In this document: in pieces, positions 11,832 through 24,260 of the stretch | Layout: the number at the start of each line of letters is the position of its first letter | How positions within the stretch are numbered: the stretch's first letter is position 1 | NCBI RefSeq assembly: GCF_001194135.2 | Contig: NC_068997.1 | Span: 54,764,099 to 54,828,098 of the forward strand | Reading direction: 5' to 3' | From: Octopus bimaculoides | Taxonomy: Eukaryota | Length of the DNA: 64,000 nt | Program-made: the position numbers and the translations under genes | The notes under the pieces: generated by a model | Database searches by the model: none | Told to the model about the DNA's origin: nothing | Seen by the model: only the letters and a program-made list of their open reading frames with translations

Positions 11832-12620
11832 TTTTCACTAGCCAAAAGTTACACTGGACCAAGTTTGGGCATGGCATTTCATATGTATGTGTGCTTGCAT
11901 ATGTGTCTGTGTGTATATATCTGGGATGGTCAAATCATGAATTTTTAACCATGAATATATGTGAATGGTGGAAATATGCTGGCTGAGCTTTTTTTTTTTT
12001 TTTTATCACAGTATAAAGGTTACGAAAGAAAAGATATTCAACCTTTATAATAATTCATTGGCCAAGAATTGATACCAGCAGTACAAGTGCTGTGAGGACA
12101 ACTTTTCTTACTTCTGTGAGAAGGAGGAACAGCAATCCAACTATTTCAAATAAATTCAAATATAAAATTCTAATGATTCTTTTTCATTTCTGCCTCTTCT
12201 ATTTTAGTTTTCTACTCTCTGACTTTCTAACCATGTTTCCCCATTCAAGTTGTAACCAGGTAGACACATATAAGTTTATAAGGATATGTCATTTGCCTAG
12301 GGAATATTATTTTCAATGCTCTCTTTCAAAATATGCTGCAGTGAGTCACATACATTTGAAAGTGACAACAAATGGGAAAATTTATTTGATGTCTCTTCTT
12401 CATCTTTCACTACGTCTCACATTTCTCGTTTCACAAAGTTCATTGTTGCACTACCTGCTTAAAATAATACTGATATCACCTATTAACTCAATAATTTATA
12501 TTATTTTACTTCATGATGAAGTCCCCACCACCACCATCTCCACTAACACAGAATCAAGCAACAGAAACAGTTTGAAACAATAATGCTTGAGTAAGGCATC
12601 GTTCTTTAGTGCTGTGAGTT

Positions 12621-12709
12621 AGAATGATTAGATGTAGAGAGATTAAAGAAATCTAAGAATGATAGGATGTAGAGAGATTAAAGAAATCTAAGAATGATAG
12701 GATGTAGAG
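12621..12709. repeat. 35-bp tandem repeat, about 2.5 copies
   Basis: AGAATGATAGGATGTAGAGAGATTAAAGAAATCTA at 12621 (slightly variant), 12656, and partial at 12691. Confidence 0.9.
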
Positions 12710-12779
12710 GGGTTAAAATTGAAGGTCAGCAAGGATAACAAAAGAATCTCAGACGACTGAACTCATGGTCAAGAAGGTT

Positions 12780-13620
12780 AAAATAAACGTTTGGATGCAT
12801 GGGGATGTGTGGGACTGGTCACAGATGGCCTCATGAGCCTTGCCCTGATCGCACTCTTGTCATGTATATACTTAGTTTTTATAGTCTTTGGATACCATTA
12901 CTGTCCCATAACTTTCAATAGCATCCTCTTCCATAGGTTTTACCCACTTCAAGCATTTGGCTCTTCATTACACAACTGACATCTTTCATACGCATCACAT
13001 GCTCAAACCTGACTAGTTTTCTCTGCCCACAACGTCTTAGTCTTCTTGAATCCAGATTTCAATTCGATTTATTTGTGCATCATTATTCGTGCATACTACC
13101 ATTACACATCCATTGAAGCTAGCTTGTTTCCCTACTTTCTATCCATCACAAATATTCCACATCTGACTGCTTTGCATTACACTCTGTACACAAGCGTCAT
13201 ACAAAAAACTCTCTTACTCAGAAAGAGAGAAACTCTGGCTACTATATTTCCAGAACATTCACCTCCGCTGTTCATTATGTCACCTATGTAACAAGAAGCT
13301 ATTGACAACTTTCAGGTAACACGCCAGACATTTGATGGAATTCATTTTCTATTTATTTTTACTGTTAATTACTTTTTGTATCTGCTAGACATAGTTACAA
13401 TGGGATAACATGTAGGCTAGCAGAGATGTTTACCTTTTCTACTTGCTTGTGTGTTATTCCACCTCAACTCTTATCCATCCATATGTTACTTTGTGTACAC
13501 CACACTGAATTTCTACCAACTCCTCTCCTGCATATCAAGCATGGATGTTTCCCTGATGGATGTAAGATCCTAGCTTCTTTCCTACTTTCTAAAACTACCC
13601 TTTACAAAGTTTTCTTTGAG
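12780..13620 (-). mobile_element. Degraded RTE-clade LINE 3' ORF fragment
   Basis: Minus-strand translation includes PSGKHPCLICRRGVGRNSVWCTQ (compare PSGRWPCSVCRKGVGSN at 56110-56159), DACVQSVMQSSQMW and FEHVMRMKDVSCVMKSQMLEV; it has stops and frameshifts. Confidence 0.85.
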
Positions 13621-14634
13621 GTATTTTAATATTTGGCTTTGCTTCCTTGTCCAGAATTTCTTCTGTAAATCTTCTATAGTATTATTAATTGACTCAAACT
13701 TTGCAAACCAATATTCCAAGCATGCTAGGCAAGTAATAGATTATCCAAATAAGATATCTTTTGAAAGTCATATTAGGATATTAATCATGGCATTTAAAAA
13801 AAAGGGACTCAATTTTAATGAAAAAGCATTTTATTTAATCAAATTTTTGGCAGGATAAATAATTAAATGTGAGGAATATTTATGTATTTATTTTAATGCT
13901 GGCCAATCTAATATTTTCTCCATAATACTGAAGAATATAATGCTTGTAAATTCACACAAAATTGGATGTCAGCTCATTATATACATGAGGGAGAAATAAA
14001 CAACACATAATTATTCACTTCTTTCATATGTTATTTATTTTTTTTTTTTTATGTTAAGCAATTTTTAAAAGTTTTTTCTCTTTAATTCTCTTCAAAGCAT
14101 TTACAATGATCAGCATTTTAAAATTTCATTATTGATTGGCAACAGCAACAAATACTTTCAATCAACTAACATTACAATAAAATCCTCTGTGGATCCATGC
14201 AGTTTTACACATGGATCATTACCACATGTATTTTATGGACATGATGATAATTCATCATTATAGAAGTTGAATTATTCAGAAAGTTTTCAAAATTTAATAA
14301 AATCATTAAAGCACTTTCTTCTAATCCCTCTTACACAACCATTATTTAAGGTTTAAAATCAGCGAAGGATGCAATTTTAGTGTTTCTTTCACAATTATGT
14401 TCTTTATTTAATATTTTTTTCCCCCCATTAAAATTTGTAATTCAAAAACATTTAATGTTTACTAGAAAGGAAATTAGGGAACTCCACATCTAAATAATTT
14501 GGAAATAAAGAAATGCATGAACTAGAAGTAGACTTAATGTCAAATGAAAGAAAATTAATTTAAGGTTAATGCAAATGATGTAAAGCTAATTTTTGAACAA
14601 AGAATGTTTTATGTTGGGTTTCGAAGAAATGAAG

Positions 14635-14790
14635 AGGCACAGGTGTGGCTGTGTAGTAAGAAACTTGCTTCCTAAACACATGATTCTGTGTTCAGTCCTG
14701 CTGCATAGCAAGCATTTTCTGCTATAGCCTTGGGCCGACCAAAGCCTTGTCAGTGGATTTGGTAGACAGGAACTGAAAGGAGCTTGTTGT
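14635..14790 (+). mobile_element. tRNA-derived SINE family 1, 5' half
   Basis: GGCACAGGTGTGGCTGTGTAGTAAGAAACTTGCTTCC...TTCAGTCC...GGCCGACCAAAGCCTTGTCAGTGGATTTGGTAGACAGGAACTGAAAG. Confidence 0.85.
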
Positions 14791-14849
14791 GTATTTATGC
14801 CCCACCATGTTTTTTTCTAATTTCCTCCTTATTCATTGAAAACATTCCA

Positions 14850-15060
14850 AGTCATCACCACCATCATTATCAATCAACAGTATCCAACAAGCCAGAAGAT
14901 TACACCAAGCTCCAGTGTCTGCTTTGGAATGGGTTCTAGAGCTGGATGCCCTTTCTTGTGCCAACTACTTTAGATGGTACTGGGAGTTACTTTTATGATA
15001 CTGGCACTAGCAAGGTTGCCAAGTAACTCATAAGATAAAAGAGAGGCACCCCACTTTAAT
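14850..15060 (-). mobile_element. RTE-type 3' tail fragment
   Basis: CATCAC/CATCAT run followed by GCTGGATGCCCTT and an AAGCTCCAGTGTCTG motif matching the reverse complement of 57240-57290. Confidence 0.65.
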
Positions 15061-15984
15061 TGAATAAAAACACTGTGGTTCCTATGATTTCAAAATCAAA
15101 TGATGGTTAACCCTCCCAACCTCTGTTCTCTTAAATGGCATACACTTTATTCTCTGCCAGAGTACACATCTGCACTAAATTTACTCTAGTCTTCATGTTA
15201 TCTCTCATCTATGGTAAAGATTTTCATTGAAATCTTTCATATTTCAGCTAATGTAAATCTCACGTACGTCTCTGTTGTTGTTTCCGTTGACTTCTTTCAT
15301 ATCATAAAACAACATTTCTAAAGTCTTCCATGACCAAATAAGTTTATGAATTTAAATAATTCTATATTAATATAATAATACAGACACAAATTACATATTT
15401 ATTGATTCAGCAAACCTTCATCATACTTTAATTTATAAAATCTTAACTACACATTCTTCATGATATTTTTAAGAAACTTCTTTTTTTTTTTCAGTGTCTT
15501 TTATTGATTAGTTTGGTAATGATAGGCTTTTCAACATGAGCATCATATCATTATTTAGTATTGTATTAATATAAATACTATATTAAATCAATGATGATCA
15601 CATCTAGTCTAGCTAAAGCAGAGTATGTGTGTATGGTGAGGCTTTTAATTACTACTTTGCTTTAAACCACTTTTACTGTTTTTACAATATACATACATGT
15701 ACTTAAAGATATGTGTTTTTTACAATAAGCTTCATATTGTATGAGTAAGCATATCAAAGGTGGAGGTGGTGGGGAGTGTGTTATAAAGATTATTTGTACC
15801 ACATATCTGTTTATCCTATGTGTACTCAATGATTCAATTAAAAAATGTAAGTGAATGAGTTTCGGTCTGTTTCTAAGTGCTCACTGGAAACTATTTTATG
15901 CATGCATGTATATATGTGTGTATGCATGCATGTATGTATGTATGTGTATATGTAATTGTATGAGTATCTATGTTTGAAGGTGTG

Positions 15985-16200
15985 TAGTTAGGTAGGTAAG
16001 AAGGTAGAGAGAGTTTGATTGCTAAAGAGAAAGGTAGAGAGAGGGGGGAAGGCAGAGAAACATAGAAAGAAGTGGATAAGTAGGGAGAGAGGTAGGTAGA
16101 GAGAAAGGGAGAATAGGGAGATGTGGATAGATAGGTAGAGAAGCAGCAAAGTGAGTGGGTAGAGAGAGAGAGGTAGTTAGGTAAATAGAGAAAGAGGTAG
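15985..16200. repeat. Purine-rich low-complexity tract (AGAG/GGTAG units)
   Basis: Visible strand-biased A/G tract with recurring GGTAG and GAGAG. Confidence 0.8.
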
Positions 16201-17467
16201 ATCGATAGTCGTTGCTTGTGAGTCTACGTGAATGTTTCTGAGGAGTTGTTAAAGGTCTCTCAATGAAAGCAGGGTGTTTTAGAAATAAGTGCAGATTTCA
16301 TTTCTCATTAAATAATGTAAGTTTCTTATTCTTATTACATTCAATAACCAAACAATCTTCATAAATTCTCAGGCAGAAACTAGCACGCATCCTTTTATTT
16401 CAATAGTGCTAATTAATTTTTTTTTTATTGGTAATTCTCAAGAAATTCTAAAATTAACATACAACATACATTTCCCTTACATTATTCAAATGTTTCACAA
16501 ACATCTGAAACTCAATATTTTTCCTTCTAATACTTTCATGGAAATTAGAGGACTTTTTAATCTGAGCATCTGTAAATGTTTTTTGATTGTTGCAGTCGCT
16601 TGTAACTAACTTTAAGCAGGTTCTCTCAATGTGTTGGTATTATCAATGCTGTGGCAATAATAACCAACAACTGTGAGCAGACTCACAGTCATCGCCATCT
16701 GCACAACTCTAATGGAGCCTGACATTCATTGTAATCCAAGCCACTAATAAATTGCTTCACATAACATGCATTCCTGACTATAGTAATTATGAAATTGTGA
16801 CAACACCAGGGACAAATCATTAGCTATTTGGTTAATTACAACCAACATGCATTATGAACTAATTGATTAATATGAAATAGAATATCTGTGCAAGATACAG
16901 CTGGGTAAAAACAAGCATTACATAAAAAGTTCTTAAATTACTTTTTCCTTGTTCTTTATTGTTTGTTGAGTCTACAGATAGGAAAAGAATATGTGGCCTG
17001 TGTAGCCTCCCTGAGACTAATGACGACATTGATGTTGCCAATGTTCACTTTGATCCATTATGAGTCAACATTTACGGTTAAGACATAAGCCAGGACAGAG
17101 TTCTGGGAGGGTTGCCAAGTATGGGGGAAGAAGCACTGAATATAGTTGGTTGACAAGTATGGGGAGAAACGACAGAGGGAGCTGGTGGGGTCGCAGACAA
17201 CAACATACCTAATTTGACATTATGAATCATGAAATTTAAAATGTGTCAAAAGGGAACATAGCTAGTGACATGGTACATGCAATAAATCTACCAAAACTGG
17301 CATCACTTTTCCAAAACCATTGAAGAGTAAAAGGAAAAGAAAATGAGAACAGTTAATATTTCCAATTTTCCCTCGAATTTTCCTTAAAATTGTATTTTCA
17401 TTTACTTTTTTAATATTTATATGTAAATAGTTATCTTGAAAAGAAAAATAAAAGAATGTTTTTGATA

Positions 17468-17498
<31 letters not shown>

Positions 17499-17540
17499 CA
17501 CATACACACATATGCACATATACATACACACACACACACA

Positions 17541-17602
<62 letters not shown>

Positions 17603-18839
17603 ATATGATAGGCTTATTTTCTGGAAAATATTTCATTTGTACTTCTAGACACTTAAAACTTCAGATGAAAGGTGAAAGAAACGGTACACAGGAATGTCTT
17701 TAAAAAGTGTAATCAGTTTTAGAGTTAGAACCCCATTATTATAATTGGTTCCATGCATAAAGGTTACATGTTCATATTTAGCTGAAGGTATTTCATTATG
17801 TTTTTGAACTATGCACTATACTGTACTCTACATATACTCTACATGGCTAAAACTTTACACCTCATTAAGAAATTATCATCTCAAAATTATTATACTCAAA
17901 TGCTCTCATTGTTATTCAAAACGACCAAGATAACAGCATAAGGGCTGAATGGTTTCTAAGTTTAGAGTATCGCAGTTCAGAGTTAAAATGTTACTCTAGT
18001 CTCTAAATTTCAATCATGAGATTCCCTGTATAAAGTCCTTCACAAATGGACTCTATTTAACTTTACAGCAGTTGATGATGCTATTAGACCCTGCTTAACC
18101 CAATTGATTAAACCATTGACTTGTGTACACAAATTCATCCTTATTCCTTTACCAATCGCAGACTCTTGGATGTATATAGCTCTGTTATGAGACATCTGTC
18201 TTTCATGCTCTTTTAATTGAAAGTGGTATTATTTGAACAACTGTTCCAACTATGGCAAAGTTGGTATCAAAAGTATCCATCCATGTTATAACATTTAGAT
18301 TTTAAATCTAAAAATAGCAAATATAATTTTCTAAGTTGACATTTTCCTAATTCAGTTCCATTTTGCTGGTCATTTTTATTTTTAAATATTTTCTTCTCTA
18401 TTGAACTTTCTTACACCATTGGTTCTTGGTAATTTTTTAAAGGTTAGGAACAAAATGCAAAAAATATTTTTAGAAATAGTCATTTTTATTGGATTTACTT
18501 TGTGAAATATGTGCAAAGGAAGATTTAACAAATATTTTTACATTTTCATATTTACCAGAAATTTCTTTAAAATATTAACATAAAATACGAAATAATAAAC
18601 ATTTTTTATTTTCGTATTATTTGAGATTTTGATAAATATAATTATTTACTAACTTCTGAAAAGTAAAACAATTATTCTTTGTTGTTGATTATATGGTGCA
18701 AATCATTATAATAATCTTTGTATAAGTTCATAATATGAATGCTTGATGTTTGGTGCTGACAGAAAAAGATTTGATAAAAGAAATGAAACATTTTGGAGTT
18801 GATCTGTGTTAGTCTTCTATACTATATTCTACTTTGTAA

Positions 18840-18886
<47 letters not shown>

Positions 18887-19149
18887 CACACACACACATT
18901 TGGACAAAAATTACTTAATGCTATGGTAATTCTGCATTTGGAGTCTAGTTGTCTGTTATATTGTAGTTTCTTTGACATCAAGCCAGTTGGTTTATGAGAC
19001 AGGAAAAAAAAAATTTAGCTTGAAGTCAAGAAAGCTCCCATGTGTAACTGTTAAGATCAGCCCAAATAAATCTCTCTCCCTCCCTCTCTCTCTCCCTGCC
19101 TTCCTGTCTACCGGCCTGTTTATATATTAGATATAGCTAAAAGCATTAA

Positions 19150-19360
19150 TTTGGCAGAGTTGGTAGAGTGTCAGAAAAATTCATCTTTTGGTATTTCTTC
19201 CGACTGTTTGCATTCTGAGTTCAAATTCTGCCAAGGTCAACTTTGTCGTTGATCCCTCTCGGATCCATAAAATATATTCCATTCAAGTATTGGGGTTGAT
19301 GTAGTTGACAAGCCCTTTCCCACAAAATTGCAAGCAAAAATACCAGAATTAGAAACAATA
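19150..19360 (+). mobile_element. tRNA-derived SINE family 2
   Basis: TGGCAGAGTTGGTAGAG (A-box-like)...TCTGAGTTCAAATTCTGCC (B-box-like)...AAGGTCAACTTTG...TGGGGTTGATGTAGTTGAC. Confidence 0.8.
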
Positions 19361-19499
19361 TATTACGTAAAACAACATGCACTGTGAGACGTTACCATCA
19401 TTAGCTGTTGCTGATAGATCACAATGATGTCAGCACTATTTCACAGCAGTGCCCCTTTCAGTGATACCAAACAGCATTGATGTTACCAGGTTACTTGAC

Positions 19500-19650
19500 C
19501 CTACAGTAGAGCACTTACCTCCTCATCATCCATGTGGCCACCACACCGACCTGTATGTCACTATATCCACTCCAACCACATAAATAGAGTGATTGAAATT
19601 TCTCATTGGGTTAACATTGCAGAGTGCTTGGTGCAAGAAGCAGATCAATA
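19500..19650 (-). mobile_element. Highly degraded RTE-LINE C-terminal remnant (tentative)
   Basis: LCNVNP...VGVDIVTYRSVW.GHM..DEE is collinear with RTE WMCNV...LGI...RLRWYGHV..MDE. Confidence 0.4.
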
Positions 19651-20654
19651 CATGTTTAAGAGTGCACACACACACGTATGCAATTTACAGAAGGAAATGC
19701 AAATATTAATATATCTACTTTCAAATAATAAATTCATTTTATTTTGAAAATTTGATATGTAAACTCTAAGTTATTGAAATTCTCTGCCTTTAATCTGTCC
19801 TGATGTATTCCTGGTTGTTCTATTGTTGCTTTCAATCTATCTAACTATCAATAAATAAATAAATAAATACATCCCCTAAATCCAACATTATATTTTTCAG
19901 TAGAAGGATGTTATGATATGATGACTTTGTTGTTGTTAATAATAATAACAATAATAAATAAATAAGTATATGAATACTGAAATAAATATCAGTTTTACCC
20001 AAGACACATGAGTTTTCAATATTTGTTTTATCATCAACTGAGCTTGGGTTGCTGTTGAAAACTGTGGGATAAGGTGGTTGGTTTATGAAATATCGGACCC
20101 AGTTAGCATTTGAATTTTCACTGAAGAGATTGCCTTATCGTAGTAACCATACATATAACCAATACAAAATTACCTACACTATCTCTTGAGTGTATATCTT
20201 TTTTTCTTTCTTTTTTTTTACATAACAGATGACTCTACTTGTAGATACTAGGAGCTTAATATGCATATATTTCTCATTGTATCTCTCCTATACTGTTATG
20301 TTATAGCAAACAGTACTCAATGTAAGCTGTCAACTATGAAATAATAAAAGAGAAGGGGAGATGAAATCAAAGTCTAAGTGACATAGTTATGAAACTTAAT
20401 CAACAGTCATGTAATTCTTGTTAACACCAGAATAACGGGAAAATTAATAATGCATACATGTGTGCATGGTTGCACACACATAAAAATATATATATAATAT
20501 ATATGAGGATCTATTGTGTGTGTGTGTGTGTGTGTGCGCTCACTCAAATTAATGAGCTTAACTTTGTATACCATGTAGAGAAGAGGTGATCCGTTGCATT
20601 GGGCCTCTACCTTAATTGGGAAAAGAATGCATTAAAAGGGATTTTTTTAATTTC

Positions 20655-20800
20655 TCTCTTCCAAATCCATTCTCAGAACATTGGTCAGCCTGGGGCTATA
20701 GTAGGAGTAGTAGAAGACACTAAAGGTGTTGCATGGTGGGACTAAACTTGAGTTCACATGGCTGGGAAGCAAACTTCTCAACTACAAACTCATGCTGTGC
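20655..20800 (-). mobile_element. tRNA-derived SINE family 1, degraded
   Basis: TTGGTCAGCCTGGGGCTATAGTAG...AGAAGACAC...TGGGACTAAAC...GGGAAGCAAACTTCT is the reverse complement of the family-1 head. Confidence 0.7.
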
Positions 20801-20833
20801 CTATATGCATATATTTTTGTGTGTATGTGTGTG

Positions 20834-20892
<59 letters not shown>

Positions 20893-21123
20893 NNNNNNNN
20901 NNNNNNNNNNNNNNNNNNNNNNNNNNNNNNNNNNNNNNNNNNNNNNNNNNNNNNNNNNNNNNNNNNNNNNNNNNNNNNNNNNNNNNNNNNNNNNNNNNNN
21001 NNNNNNNNNNNNNNNNNNNNNNNNNNNNNNNNNNNNNNNNNNNNNNNNNNNNNNNNNNNNNNNNNNNNNNNNNNNNNNNNNNNNNNNNNNNNNNNNNNNN
21101 NNNNNNNNNNNNNNNNNNNNNNN

Positions 21124-21181
<58 letters not shown>

Positions 21182-21287
21182 ATATATATATCTACATATA
21201 TTTATACATGCATATATATATATATACATAGACATGTGTGCATACACACAAACACACACACACAGAGCTTAATTTCTAAATGTTTGT

Positions 21288-21517
21288 TTATCAGTCAGTT
21301 GTCTTACAAATAAATAAATATAAAGTCAATGTATCTTTTATTGGTTATGTCTTCAATTTCATTCTATAGTTTATCAGTTAATTGTTTTAGGAGTAAATGT
21401 TGTGTTTATAATAAATTATGTCTCAATTTCCTTCCTTACTTTATCAGTCAATTGTTTTATAAATAAAATAATGTTGAGGTGCATAGAAAATTATGTCTTC
21501 AGTTTCATTTCATAGTT
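21288..21517. repeat. Degenerate ~70-80 bp tandem repeat, 3 copies
   Basis: Units start TTATCAGTYA at 21288, 21371 and 21441, and each contains TTATGTCT(T)CARTTTC. Confidence 0.7.
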
Positions 21518-22216
21518 AAGATAGCATTGGTTTGAAGCATTATAGATAGAGACAGAGCAATATTAGAGATTATATATAGAAATGCAGAATTTAATGTGTG
21601 TCTGAGTTAATTTCAATAAGTTTTATCAGAGTGTTTGCTTCTTTTTTAGTGATAGCTATGCTTTCTTTGAAAACAGTTTTTTCCAATGTATTAACATCCG
21701 GTCTGTGTGTATGCATGTATTTATGCAGACACATACGCAGCTGCACACATTGTAAATACACATTCAGTATTTCAAAATTTTTACACGATATGAAGTTTAA
21801 CAGCATAGCAGCTCCACTCAGTTCTGGATCTTAAAAAATATTCAGCTTTTCAGATAGTTTTGTCAGTTGTTTAGCCCTAGGTTGCTATTTACAAATCAGT
21901 TCTATAAACCAAGATATTCCAGCCATGCCCATCCCAACTTTTATTTCAAATATTGTGCTGAACAAATGGTTAACTGTAATTTCGAGATATTTGGTTGCTA
22001 TATGCAGCAGGCTGAGTTATGGCAGTGTGACTGTAGAAAATAAAGTCAACAAGTAGTAATGACCTCACGTGACATCACCCTTAGCTATTAAATGTATATC
22101 TGTTTCATGTGGATCACCAATATATTGGTGCATCTGACATCTACTCACAGAAAGATATTAACTGGAAACCATGGCATGGGAGAGTGAGTGTGTGATCCTC
22201 ATCATTGTTTAATGTT

Positions 22217-22280
22217 TGTTGTTGATGAGGCTATATATATATTTATATATATATATATATATATATGTTGTCGATGATGA

Positions 22281-22329
<49 letters not shown>

Positions 22330-22640
22330 NNNNNNNNNNNNNNNNNNNNNNNNNNNNNNNNNNNNNNNNNNNNNNNNNNNNNNNNNNNNNNNNNNNNNNN
22401 NNNNNNNNNNNNNNNNNNNNNNNNNNNNNNNNNNNNNNNNNNNNNNNNNNNNNNNNNNNNNNNNNNNNNNNNNNNNNNNNNNNNNNNNNNNNNNNNNNNN
22501 NNNNNNNNNNNNNNNNNNNNNNNNNNNNNNNNNNNNNNNNNNNNNNNNNNNNNNTTATATATATATATATATATATATGTTGTCGATGATGAGGATATAT
22601 ATATATATGTTGTCGATGATGAGTGTATATATATATATAT
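22217..22640. repeat. (TA)n-spaced minisatellite GTTGTCGATGATGAG spanning an assembly gap
   Basis: Identical motif at 22267, 22579 and 22609, plus a degenerate copy at 22217, each separated by (TA)n. Confidence 0.85.
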
Positions 22641-22879
22641 GTTTGTATGTATGTGTAAAAGTGGACACGTGTGTATGTCCCCTTTTATCTTATACTTAAA
22701 TCTATTATGGGATTGTGGCTATGCTGGAACATCACCTTGAATGTTTGGTTAATCCTAGTACTTGTTTTGTTTTTACTTTTTTTCAAGCCTGGTACTTATT
22801 TATCAGTTGCTTTTGCCAAACTGCTTGGTTACAGAAACATAAACAAACCAACACTGGTTATCAAACAGTGATGAAAGAC

Positions 22880-23570
22880 AAAGACTAGCACAAAATACAC
22901 ACACACACACACGACAGGCTTCTTTCAGTTTCTGTCTACCAAATCCAACCAGGGGATTGGTAGACACTCGCTCACAATACCCTGAAGTGAACCTGGAACC
23001 ATTGATTTCAATACATAGATGCTCAGTTGTTGACTTAGTAGTTCAGTGAATAATCAGTCAGCTATGTGAAATGACTGAGTACTCCAAACATACATGCACT
23101 CTCAGCATAACACTGAAACAGAAGCAGTGTGATACAGTGTGTGTATGTGTGTGTGTGAAAGAGAGAGAGAGAGACAAGGTAGGATGAGCGATTGAAGATA
23201 GGATTCAACAGTTTCCATCTCTCCATTTTCCCTTTTACGGCCTGGGTCAGCTCATGGGTTGGTGGGAAAAGCTATGATGGAGACATTTCCTTAAGGTGAC
23301 CAACACTGAGCCTGAACTCTAGACCTTGTGGTTGTGAATCAAGTTTTTTGACCACTAAGCCACACCTAAATCCAAACATACACATTATATGTTGCATGTG
23401 ACAGGGGTGCAGACATGGTTAGATAATTTAGAAAGTTACTTTGTAATCATGAAATGCTGAGTTCCATCCCAGTTCCATCCACCTTGAGAATGTCTTCTGC
23501 TATAGCCCCAAGTAAATCCAAACCTTGTGGGGAATTAGATTAGTAGAAACTGTGTCAAAGCCTATAACAC
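22880..23570. mobile_element. Cluster of three SINE family 1 copies (- 22880-23010, - 23200-23370, + 23400-23570)
   Basis: TTTCAGTTTCTGTCTACCAAATCC and related diagnostic motifs on the minus strand; CCACCTTGAGAATGTCTTCTGCTATAGCCCC on the plus strand. Confidence 0.65.
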
Positions 23571-23699
23571 AACACAATTATATTGTGTCTGTGGTATACT
23601 CGACCATTTACATTATGATTCAATGAATAAATACTCCTGTTGAATTGCTATCATCAAAACCGATGGCAGTTTCATATATTTTGCTTTGTATGAGTAAAA

Positions 23700-24260
23700 T
23701 TCTGCTTAGTTGTGTATGTGTGTGGCTAGTTCTAAATATGTGTATGTGTGCAGATAGTTCTATATGTATGCATGGTTAGTTCTTTATATGTGTGCTTCTG
23801 TGTACGTGTGGTTTGTTCTTTGCATGTGAATGTGTAGTTCTACATATGTGTGTGTGTATGCAGTGTGTGCATGGCTAATTCTATGTGTGTGTATGTTGGT
23901 TCTGTATTTTTGCGCTGTGTATACGTATATGGTTAGTTTTATATGTTGTGATTGTGTATATAAGGTTTTTAGTTCTGTATGTGGGAATGTGTGCATGTGG
24001 GAATGTGTGCATGTGGGAATGTGTGCATGTGGGAATGTGTGCATGAGGGAAATAGTATGATTTGTTCTGTAAGAGAGTATGGTTAGTTCTCTCTCTGTGC
24101 ATATGTGTGTGTGAAGGGGTAGAGAGGAAGAATTAGTTTTATATGTGTCAGTGAGAGTGTAAGATTATTGTTAGTTCTCTACATGTGTATGTATATGTGT
24201 ATGAGATTGTAGTTTCTTCTATTTACTTGAATGTGTGTAAAAGTGTGTGTGTATATATGT
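23700..24260. repeat. Degenerate TG-rich minisatellite with GGTTAGTTCT spacers and a perfect 16-mer array
   Basis: ATGTGGGAATGTGTGC x4 at 23979-24042; GG(T/C)TAGTTCT recurs through the tract. Confidence 0.85.

Noticed and set aside
19150-19240. tRNA-like A-box and B-box sequences here and at other SINE heads
   Set aside because: No cloverleaf can be formed, and they continue into SINE bodies, so they are not tRNA genes.
19515-19640. Apparent frameshifted second TSR exon (WSGYSD / TGRCGG) with a perfect GTAAGT donor
   Set aside because: It needs two compensating frameshifts, has no good acceptor, and is better explained as a degraded RTE C-terminal remnant.
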